In this document: one piece after another, positions 1 to 10,333 of the stretch
How positions within the stretch are numbered: the first letter of the stretch is position 1
How the letters are laid out: each line of letters begins with the position of its first letter
Origin: Macrostomum lignano
Taxonomy: Eukaryota
Direction of reading: 5' to 3'
Assembly (NCBI GenBank): GCA_002269645.1
Contig: NIVC01005128.1
Coordinates: 1-25,321 of the forward strand
DNA: 25,321 bases
Translations under genes and position numbers: made by a program
Notes under the pieces: model-generated
The model's database searches: none
Told to the model about the DNA's origin: nothing
Seen by the model: only the letters and a program-made list of their open reading frames with translations

Positions 1-743
1 ACATTAAAACAAATGAATGGCTAAAACAAATTATTCGCATCATTAAAAACAAAATATTATTCAGTAAAACAAATTTACGAATTAAAACAAATCATACGGT
101 ACTTATTATTTTGGCGGGAATTTAATTTCGGGAAACACAAACTAATTTTCTAGAATAAACATAAGCCCTTCTACAATATATCTTTTTTATATAGTTAAAT
201 TGCTGTTGGCAAAGCTATATATTTTAAAATTTCATTTTTATCCTTACATTTTTCATTTTATGTTAGTGGATTCCATAGTCAGGAAGGTGGCAAGTGCACG
301 CGGGAATCAATTTATGGAAAAATCCTTGGTGCACGCCAATGTACACCAATTTTTTAAAACCCTTAACATGACGTTTCTGTTGCATGCCAAAAATCTTGAA
401 TACCAAAAATCATGTACGCCGAAAATTGTAGTATACCGTATTAGATACTATTTTTAAATAAATTTTCTACTTACGTTAAACAAAGTTTATATATAGAAAA
501 AGGAAATTCGCTTCAAAGAACATAGTGAGTATCAAAAACTTTTTCTTCACATTTCAAGAAACAAATAAACTAAAAGTCTACAAGAGTCACAAAATAAGAG
601 CGTTTAAAAGTTATTAGATATTTTAATTTTAATGTTGGCTAGTAGAGTGTAGGCCTGGACTGTACGCATTTGTTTCCCCATTGATATTCGCATTGATATT
701 CGAATTTTAACAAAAGCAAAATACTAAAAGCAACCCGTAGCAT

Positions 744-3700
744 GAAACTTTACACAGAGTAAACTGCAACCGTGAAACGACTATTGGTCAAGTTTCAGCT
801 CGATATGTAACTTTGGCTCTGAGCAGGAGCGATTTTCGATGTGTTCCATTTAAAATACATGTGATTCCAAAATTCGTATTGATATTCGAGTACAGGTACT
901 TCTGCTTCACTGATCTTGACGAAACTTTACACAGAGTAAACTGCAACCGTGAAACGACTATTGGTCAAGTTTCAGCTCGATATGTAACTTTGGCTCTGAG
1001 CAGGAGCGATTTTCGATGTGTTCCATTTAAAATACATGTGATTCCAAAATTCGTATTGATATTCGAGTACAGGTACTTCTGCTTCACTGATCTTGACGAA
1101 ACTTTACACAGAGTAAACTGCAACCGTGAAACGACTATTGGTCAAGTTTCAGCTCGATATGTAACTTTGGCTCTGAGTAGGAGCGATTTTCGATGTGTTC
1201 CATTTAAAATACATGTGATTCCAAAATTCGTATTGATATTCGAGTACAGGTACTTCTGCTTCACTGATCTTGACGAAACTTTACACAGAGTAAACTGCAA
1301 CCGTGAAACGACTATTGGTCAAGTTTCAGCTCGATATGTAACTTTGGCTCTGAGCAGGAGCGATTTTCGATGTGTTCCATTTAAAATACATGTGATTCCA
1401 AAATTCGTATTGATATTCGAGTACAGGTACTTCTGCTTCACTGATCTTGACGAAACTTTACACAGAGTAAACTGCAACCGTGAAACGACTATTGGTCAAG
1501 TTTCAGCTCGATATGTAACTTTGGCTCTGAGTAGGAGCGATTTTCGATGTGTTCCATTTAAAATACATGTGATTCCAAAATTCGTATTGATATTCGAGTA
1601 CAGGTACTTCTGCTTCACTGATCTTGACGAAACTTTACACAGAGTAAACTACAACCGTGAAACGACTATTGGTCAAGTTTCAGCTTGATATGTAACTTTG
1701 GCTCTGAGCAGGAGCGATTTTCGATGTGTTCCATTTAAAATACATGTGATTCCAAAATTCGTATTGATATTCGAGTACAGGTACTTCTGCTTCACTGATC
1801 TTGACGAAACTTTACACAGAGTAAACTGCAACCGTGAAACGACTATTGGTCAAGTTTCAGCTCGATATGTAACTTTGGCTCTGAGCAGGAGCGATTTTCG
1901 ATGTGTTCCATTTAAAATACATGTGATTCCAAAATTCGTATTGATATTCGAGTACAGGTACTTCTGCTTCACTGATCTTGACGAAACTTTACACAGAGTA
2001 AACTGCAACCGTGAAACGACTATTGGTCAAGTTTCAGCTCGATATGTAACTTTGGCTCTGAGCAGGAGCGATTTTCGATGTGTTCCATTTAAAATACATG
2101 TGATTCCAAAATTCGTATTGATATTCGAGTACAGGTACTTCTGCTTCACTGATCTTGACGAAACTTTACACAGAGTAAACTGCAACCGTGAAACGACTAT
2201 TGGTCAAGTTTCAGCTCGATATGTAACTTTGGCTCTGAGTAGGAGCGATTTTCGATGTGTTCCATTTAAAATACATGTGATTCCAAAATTCGTATTGATA
2301 TTCGAGTACAGGTACTTCTGCTTCACTGATCTTGACGAAACTTTACACAGAGTAAACTGCAACCGTGAAACGACTATTGGTCAAGTTTCAGCTCGATATG
2401 TAACTTTGGCTCTGAGCAGGAGCGATTTTCGATGTGTTCTATTTAAAATACATGTGATTCCAAAATTCGTATTGATATTCGAGTACAGGTACTTCTGCTT
2501 CACTGATCTTGACGAAACTTTACACAGAGTAAACTGCAACCGTGAAACGACTATTGGTCAAGTTTCAGCTCGATATGTAACTTTGGCTCTGAGTAGGAGC
2601 GATTTTCGATGTGTTCCATTTAAAATACATGTGATTCCAAAATTCGTATTGATATTCGAGTACAGGTACTTCTGCTTCACTGATCTTGACGAAACTTTAC
2701 ACAGAGTAAACTGCAACCGTGAAACGACTATTGGTCAAGTTTCAGCTCGATATGTAACTTTGGCTCTGAGCAGGAGCGATTTTCGATGTGTTCCATTTAA
2801 AATACATGTGATTCCAAAATTCGTATTGATATTCGAGTACAGGTACTTCTGCTTCACTGATCTTGACGAAACTTTACACAGAGTAAACTGCAACCGTGAA
2901 ACGACTATTGGTCAAGTTTCAGCTCGATATGTAACTTTGGCTCTGAGCAGGAGCGATTTTCGATGTGTTCCATTTAAAATACATGTGATTCCAAAATTCG
3001 TATTGATATTCGAGTACAGGTACTTCTGCTTCACTGATCTTGACGAAACTTTACACAGAGTAAACTGCAACCGTGAAACGACTATTGGTCAAGTTTCAGC
3101 TCGATATGTAACTTTGGCTCTGAGCAGGAGCGATTTTCGATGTGTTCCATTTAAAATACATGTGATTCCAAAATTCATATTGATATTCGAGTACAGGTAC
3201 TTCTGCTTCACTGATCTTGACGAAACTTTACACAGAGTAAACTGCAACCGTGAAACGACTATTGGTCAAGTTTCAGCTCGATATGTAACTTTGGCTCTGA
3301 GTAGGAGCGATTTTCGATGTGTTCCATTTAAAATACATGTGATTCCAAAATTCGTATTGATATTCGAGTACAGGTACTTCTGCTTCACTGATCTTGACGA
3401 AACTTTACACAGAGTAAACTGCAACCGTGAAACGACTATTGGTCAAGTTTCAGCTCGATATGTAACTTTGGCTCTGAGCAGGAGCGATTTTCGATGTGTT
3501 CCATTTAAAATACATGTGATTCCAAAATTAATATTGATATTCGAGTACAGGTACTTCTGCTTCACTGATCTTGACGAAACTTTACACAGAGTAAACTGCA
3601 ACCGTGAAACGACTATTGGTCAAGTTTCAGCTCGATATGTAACTTTGGCTCTGAGCAGGAGCGATTTTCGATGTGTTCCATTTAAAATACATGTGATTCC

Positions 3701-4765
3701 AAAATTCGTATTGATATTCGAGTACAGGTACTTCTGCTTCACTGATCTTGACGAAACTTTACACAGAGTAAACTGCAACCGCGAAACGACTATTGGTCAA
3801 GTTTCAGCTCGATATGTAACTTTGGCTCTGAGCAGGAGCGATTTTCGATGTGTTCCATTTAAAATACATGTGATTCCAAAATTAATATTGATATTCGAGT
3901 ACAGGTACTTCTGCTTCACTGATCTTGACGAAACTTTACACAGAGTAAACTGCAACCGTGAAACGACTATTGGTCAAGTTTCAGCTCGATATGTAACTTT
4001 GGCTCTGAGCAGGAGCGATTTTCGATGTGTTCCATTTAAAATACATGTGATTCCAAAATTAATATTGATATTCGAGTACAGGTACTTCTGCTTCACTGAT
4101 CTTGACGAAACTTTACACAGAGTAAACTGCAACCGTGAAACGACTATTGGTCAAGTTTCAGCTCGATATGTAACTTTGGCTCTGAGCAGGAGCGATTTTC
4201 GATGTGTTCCATTTAAAATACATGTGATTCCAAAATTCATATTGATATTCGAGTACAGGTACTTCTGCTTCACTGATCTTGACGAAAATTTACACAGAGT
4301 AAACTGCAACCGTGAAACGACTATTGGTCAAGTTTCAGCTCGATATGTAACTTTGGCTCTGAGCAGGAGCGATTTTCGATGTGTTCCATTTAAAATACAT
4401 GTGATTCCAAAATTCATATTGATATTCGAGTACAGGTACTTCTGCTTCACTGATCTTGACGAAACTTTACACAGAGTAAACTGCAACCGTGAAACGACTA
4501 TTGGTCAAGTTTCAGCTCGATATGTAACTTTGGCTCTGAGCAGGAGCGATTTTCGATGTGTTCCATTTAAAATACATGTGATTCCAAAATTCGTATTGAT
4601 ATTCGAGTACAGGTACTTCTGCTTCACTGATCTTGACGAAACTTTACACAGAGTAAACTGCAACCGTGAAACGACTATTGGTCAAGTTTCAGCTCGATAT
4701 GTAACTTTGGCTCTGAGCAGGAGCGATTTTCGATGTGTTCCATTTAAAATACATGTGATTCCAAA
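744..4765 (+). repeat. Left arm: 177-bp tandem array, about 22.7 units
   Basis: Unit phase TTGGCTCTGAG recurs at 813, 990, 1167 ... 4707 with an exact 177-bp period and only scattered substitutions. The array ends at GATTCCAAA (4765). Confidence 0.98.
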
Positions 4766-7274
4766 CAACAACAACAACAACAGAGTACGCTGCCAGTTCG
4801 CAAAAGCAGCGTCAGATGGCGCGCTTCGAAGCTTGGGCGCGAACAAAGGCCGCACCGCCGGCAGAGTCCGGGGTGCCGGCGTAAGCCAGCAGACAGTCGA
4901 CGTAGCGCCGAGTCCTCGCCTGTCCCCGCCGGTAGGGTGCCTGCAACGTAAGTAGCAGCACCTCCTGCACCGGCTCCGGACAGTAGGCCTCGGTGCGGAT
5001 GACGTGGCCTGCTAGCTGGAGTCGCCGACGGCGCAGCAGATCGCTAGGACGGGCCAGGCCGGCGCGATGATAGAGCGCCGTGTTGGTGACTCGCTCGTTG
5101 CCGATCTTGAAGGCGGCGCGCAGCAGGCCAGCGTGCGCCGCGTCGACTTGAGCCTCGAGCGAGTCTATCAGCGTCCAGGTCTCGGCGTTGTATAACAGGA
5201 CGGTCTCGATCACCGCCTGGAACAGCGCCGCCCTCTGGCGGTCCGGTAGGGCCTCGGACTGCAGGACTGACCTTATAGAACGAAAGGCAGCCCAGGCAAG
5301 TCCTCGGCGACGCCGCAGATCCTCGCGGACGTCGGGAACCAGACCGCCGAGGTAGACGAACTGCTGACATCTTGGAAGCTCACTCGCCTGTCCATCAGCG
5401 CCTCGGCAGAAGATTGCAGCCTCGGTGTCGTCCGGCACGCATAGCACGACGGTCTTCTGCGTGTTGACCACCAGGCCGACGCTCGCCGCAACGGCAACCA
5501 GTCTATCCAGCTGTCGTTGGGCGCCCTCGAGGGCGAGGTCATCGGCGTAGCCAAGCACGCTGAGCCGTCTCTCCGGTTGGCGTCGACCCACGCGTCGCCG
5601 CAGCAGGAAGCCGTCGTCGTTGGAAGGCAGAGCAGTCCGTAGCACCCAGTCAAGCACCAGAATAAATAGGAACGGCGCTAGCGTATCTCCCTGGAGCACC
5701 CCGGAGGATGTCTCGAAGAAATCCGATAGGCCGTCCGGTGTTTAGACAGCAGCCGTCGTGCCGTGATATAGCGCCATGACAGCAGAAATCAGCAGGTCTG
5801 GCACGTTGTACGCACGGAGCACCTCTGGGAGCGCGTCCCTCACGACCGAGTCGAAGGCCTTCCTGAAATCGACGAAGATCAGGATCAGGGTCAACTGGCG
5901 GATGCGCGCCTCCTCGATGACTCGCCGAAGAGCCAGGATCTGCGTCACTGTGCCGCGATGGGCCGGAATCCGTTCTGCTCAGGCCACAGGTACGGGTCCA
6001 GCACAGTCTGTAACCGCGATAGCAGCATGCGGTTGAACAGCTTCGCGGCGCAGGACTGTAGGCAGATGCCTCGATGCTCCTCGAGCTTGGTGGTGCCCGG
6101 CTTCTTTGGAATGGCGACGATGTGCGCCGTGGTCCATTCGTTTGGCGCCACCTCACCGGAAAGCACGCGGTTCATCACTCTGGCGACCTGAGTGGCCACG
6201 CAGTGGATCCGCAGCGCCTCGGTGGGCACCTCGTCTGGACCAAGCGCTTTGCCGCCCGGCGACTGCCGAGCGAACTTCACAACGTCGGCTGTGCTGACTG
6301 GGGCAACGTTGAAGCTCTCCTCCGCCGGCAACGGCGTCTCCGGCGGCAGCCTCAGATTTTCTGGAAGCGGAGGGGGCGGCGCGTTGACAATGGCGGCGAA
6401 GAACTCGCGCAGCTCGTTCCTGCGCTCATCCGGAATGTCGCCTGCTTGGTTGAGCGCGATGCGCCGCTTTCGCCCCGTCAGAGTGTTGATGACGGACCAG
6501 GCCACGCGCCCTCTGGCATCGGGCCCTGCGGCAGAGACGGCTTGGATGGCGTCATCGACAGCGGACTGCTGCCGCTGCAGGTAGACAGCCGCCAGAGCCT
6601 CCTCCGCCTCACGAGTTTGCCGCCCACTCAGACGGAGCCTCTCCAGATCTTCCCTCGCTTCGTCGATCGCGGGGTCGTCCTGCCAGACCGGCTGCCCGCG
6701 CTGGGCCGGTCGCATCAGCGGGACTGCTTGCTCCGCAGCGGCTCGAACTGCAGCGCTCACCTCCGCGTACTCGGCTCCTCCACGCTTGTCGCCCAGCGCA
6801 GTGACAAAGACACCGGCAAAGCGACGCCGCGTCTCGGCGTCCCTGAGCGCGCGGTAGCAGCGCCGCGGTGGCCGCTTTGGCGGACGGTAGAGCGGGTCCC
6901 GAAGCCGAAGGTCGCAGATGAGCAGCCGATGGTCGGACAGCAGAGCCAGCGGCGTAATGGTGCGGCAGTTGGTGACGCGGCGGCACTCACGAAAGCGCAT
7001 AAGCACGTGGTCGAGCTGTGCCAGCCTCCGCGTAGCGTTCCGGCCGCGCGCGTTCCGCCGCCTCTGCTTGCAGCCGACGAAGGTCGCGAGCCTGCCCGGT
7101 GACTTGCGGAATCTGGTGTTGGCCGACACCATGTCCTGTCTCTCCAGGAAGTCCTCTAGCGCTCCGGTGTTGCCGTTCTCGCGAGCTGTCACAAACAGCG
7201 ATCGCTCGGACCTACGCAGAACTGCGTTCAGGTCTCCGAGAATGACCACTGTGTCACGTTGCGCCATCTCCTCC
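4764..7274 (-). mobile_element. 5'-truncated RTE-clade-like non-LTR retrotransposon (LINE), inactivated
   Basis: Minus-strand AP-endonuclease motifs (ILGDLNA, LDHVL, SDHR) are followed by RT motifs (EQNGFRP, FVDFRKAFDSV, QGDTLAPFLF, YADD, FVYLGG) and an RTE-type C-terminus (LLYNAETWTL, RRRRLQLAGHVIR). The 3' UTR after the stop at 4812-4814 is about 30 nt, then a (GTT)6 tail (AAC x6 at 4764-4781 on +). Clade assignment rests on motif recognition, not a phylogeny. Confidence 0.9.
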
Positions 7275-7276
7275 AC
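4812..7276 (-). pseudogene. Disrupted endonuclease-reverse transcriptase ORF
   Basis: Three ORF-track pieces join up: 7276-5945, 5948-5742 and 5699-4812. A 1-nt frameshift near 5958 restores GFRP-H-RGTVTQILALRR, and there is an in-frame TAA at 5742-5744. The N-terminal part of the endonuclease is missing. Confidence 0.88.
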
Positions 7277-8667
7277 CTGTACTCGAATATCAATATGAAT
7301 TTTGGAATCACATGTATTTTAAATGGAACACATCGAAAATCGCTCCTGCTCAGAGCCAAAGTTACATATCGAGCTGAAACTTGACCAATAGTCGTTTCAC
7401 GGTTGCAGTTTACTCTGTGTAAAGTTTCGTCAAGATCAGTGAAGCAGAAGTACCTGTACTCGAATATCAATATGAATTTTGGAATCACATGTAATTTAAA
7501 TAGAACACATCGAAAATCGCTCCTGCTCAGAGCCAAAGTTACATATCGAGCTGAAACTTGACCAATAGTCGTTTCACGGTTGCAGTTTACTCTGTGTAAA
7601 TTTTCGTCAAGATCAGTGAAGCAGAAGTACCTGTACTCGAATATCAATATGAATTTTGGAATCACATGTATTTTAAATGGAACACATCGAAAATCGCTCC
7701 TGCTCAGAGCCAAAGTTACATATCGAGCTGAAACTTGACCAATAGTCGTTTCACGGTTGCAGTTTACTCTGTGTAAAGTTTCGTCAAGATCAGTGAAGCA
7801 GAAGTACCTGTACTCGAATATCAATATGAATTTCGGAATCACATGTATTTTAAATGGAACACATCGAAAATCGCTCCTGCTCAGAGCCAAAGTTACATAT
7901 CGAGCTGAAACTTGACCAATAGTCGTTTCACGGTTGCAGTTTACTCTGTGTAAAGTTTCGTCAAGATCAGTGAAGCAGAAGTACCTGTACTCGAATATCA
8001 ATACGAATTTTGGAATCACATGTATTTTAAATGGAACACATCGAAAATCGCTCCTGCTCAGAGCCAAAGTTACATATCGAGCTGAAACTTGACCAATAGT
8101 CGTTTCACAATTGCAGTTTACTCTGTGTAAAGTTTCGTCAAGATCAGTGAAGCAGAAGTACCTGTACTCGAATATCAATATTAATTTTGGAATCACATGT
8201 ATTTTAAATGGAACACATCGAAAATCGCTCCTGCTCAGAGCCAAAGTTACATATCGAGCTGAAACTTGACCAATAGTCGTTTCACGGTTGCAGTTTACTC
8301 TGTGTAAAGTTTCGTCAAGATCAGTGAAGCAGAAGTACCTGTACTCGAATATCAATACGAATTTTGGAATCACATGTATTTTAAATGGAACACATCGAAA
8401 ATCGCTCCTGCTCAGAGCCAAAGTTACATATCGAGCTGAAACTTGACCAATAGTCGTTTCACGGTTGCAGTTTACTCTGTGTAAAGTTTCGTCAAGATCA
8501 GTGAAGCAGAAGTACCTGTACTCGAATATCAATACGAATTTTGGAATCACATGTATTTTAAATGGAACACATCGAAAATCGCTCCTGCTCAGAGCCAAAG
8601 TTACATATCGAGCTGAAACTTGACCAATAGTCGTTTCGCGGTTGCAGTTTACTCTGTGTAAAGTTTC
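7275..8667 (-). repeat. Right arm: inverted 177-bp tandem array, about 7.9 units
   Basis: Reverse complement of the left-arm unit with the same 177-bp period. The inner end ACCTGTACTCG at 7275 abuts the LINE 5' end. Confidence 0.98.
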
Positions 8668-10161
8668 ATGCTACGGGTTGCTTTTAGTATTTTGCTTTTG
8701 TTAAAATTCGAATATCAATGCGAATATCAATGGGGAAACAAATGCGTTGGACTGTAGGCTAGGCTGTAGCCTCAACTAGTTGGTTTAATGAATATTCAAA
8801 TTCAATTGTTCACGTTTAACTTTATATATTGTATATATATAGTGTATACATCTATATTTGACTTGTTGATATACTGTCAGTTTGTATTTGCACGCCAAGG
8901 TTACACGCCAAGTAAAAAACTTATACGCTGAAAATTTAGGCGTGGCTTGAGACCCCTATTTGCACGCCAACTTTGCACACCAAAATTTTAGCGTGGCTTG
9001 TGCACGCGGGAAAATTCCCGCGTGCAGGCCACCTTCCTGAGTATGAAGTGGATTCCATATTTGATTTTGTATTTTACCATTCTGCTGCTAATTCTACGTT
9101 TTACTATGCTATTCCATTCTGATTCCCCTGTGGATTCCACATTTTACCGGGTACCATATATTAGGCCTAGCAAATACAGATAATTTGTTCAAAACTTTAG
9201 AGCAATGCTAGACCTGTGCCATGGAGGATTTAGTAAAAAAAATTCACATTTTAAGCAATTTTTGCACTTTGGATAGAAAGACTTGGATTTAGAAAATTTT
9301 AAAATAGCCTATGTTAGATGTCACTTTCTATATATGTTCATTTTTATGCTTAGTATATCATGGCCATAAGATAAAGATAGTCTCGACTCTCTTACTAGGC
9401 CAGCCCTAGGCTTACTATAAATGTAAATTTTGAATTTTATAATTTAAGCATATTTGAATGGCAATAAGGCAGGACTACTAGCTATATAGTAACAAGCTTA
9501 TTTGACTAAAGGCAAGCTAGTGCTAGCTAAATAGTAGAAAAATTTTATGGGCAATAGGCCCAGCTGGCTAGCTAGAGTTTTGGCACCACAACACAACTCA
9601 TTTTCTAAGTTCTAATGGCTATGGATCTGGCAGTGCTATATAGAACTTAAAAAATATTTTAAAAGATTAAAAAGACTAGGCCTAATAAGAATATGGCTTA
9701 TATCTATTTAAAATTCAACATTAAAAGTATCTCCTTTCAAATCTTGAGACTCATCATCTAGTCTTAAATCTTATCTAGAACAAAGTCTCAATTTCTGCCA
9801 CTTATAGAAAAACTATACTCCAGAAGGCATAGATCATGCTGAAAAATTCTGGCATGCATTTAGTTTAGCCTAAAATTGTAGCATGCATTGGCATATATTT
9901 GGGTATTGTATGCCAAAAGTGGCATGTTGGCATGCTATGGCATAGAAATAGCAGGCATAATAATAGTGAGGCATATTTTTTAAGACAAAAGTTCATGAAA
10001 AGACTTTGTATTGTGAAATGAAGACAAGAATTCATACTTATTTTTATTGCAAAATAACAAGTAAATTTTATTGTGCCAAAAAAAGTTATTTACTTAGTAT
10101 ATTTATTATTTGCATGCTACAATAGTTTTAAAAAATGTTGAAGACTCAATAACATGATCTA

Positions 10162-10333
10162 CATACATGTGCAAATTTGGGAATCACCCGGCCATTTCTA
10201 TTGGCAACATACACATGTAAGTCGCTATTGGCTGAGAGCAGTCACGTGACTACTATTCCGTCCAATAGCAACTTACATGTGTGTGTTGCCAATAGAAATG
10301 GCCGGGTGAATCCCAACGTTGCGCCCAAGCATG
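10162..10333. mobile_element. Palindromic MITE, copy 1 (CATAC...CATG ends, 8-bp TSD)
   Basis: Long inverted arms (GGCCATTTCTATTGGCAAC... / ...GTTGCCAATAGAAATGGCC). TSD ATGATCTA at 10154-10161 and 10334-10341. Two more copies in the window. Confidence 0.9.

Larger units (their letters stand above)
664..8747. mobile_element. Foldback-type DNA transposon with giant modular TIRs made of 177-bp tandem repeats
   Basis: 664-743 is the exact reverse complement of 8668-8747 (80 bp, ACGCATTTGTTTCCCC...). Each terminus continues into a 177-bp array pointing inward. Target duplication TGGACTGT at 656-663 and 8748-8755 (a 9-bp reading TGGACTGTA is also possible). No transposase ORF inside. Confidence 0.92.
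274..9045. mobile_element. Outer non-autonomous TIR element (about 680 bp after removing the nested insertion), CAT...ATG termini, P-superfamily-like
   Basis: Left end 274-307 CATAGTCAGGAAGGTGGCAAGTGCACGCGGGAAT matches the reverse complement of 9014-9045 (CATACTCAGGAAGGTGGCCTGCACGCGGGAAT) with a few substitutions and one 2-nt indel. Direct repeat AGTGGATTC flanks it (265-273 and 9047-9055, offset by 1 nt from the right TIR). TGCACGCCAA-like subterminal motifs occur at 330, 381, 413, 8889, 8961 and 8975. Confidence 0.65.

Noticed and set aside
1-140. Degenerate TAAAACAAA repeats at the window start
   Set aside because: Truncated by the window edge and too degenerate to assign.
4764-7274. High GC of the LINE as evidence of horizontal transfer
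   Set aside because: Host exons at 22590-23356 and 24731-25194 are similarly GC-rich, so the contrast with introns is uninformative.
4812-7276. Bacterial retron, group II intron or DGR reverse transcriptase
   Set aside because: The N-terminal AP endonuclease, RTE-type C-terminus, short-repeat tail and spliceosomal context indicate a eukaryotic LINE.
5044-7298. Many overlapping alternative-frame and antisense ORFs over the LINE
   Set aside because: They are expected by-products of GC-rich coding sequence with few stops, and only the endonuclease-RT frames carry motifs.
744-8667. 177-bp arrays as a CRISPR array or a genuine repeat-protein gene
   Set aside because: Units are wholly repeated with no unique spacers and there are no cas genes. 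The ORFs start at TTG, have no domain signature, and are explained by a stop-free frame in a unit divisible by 3.
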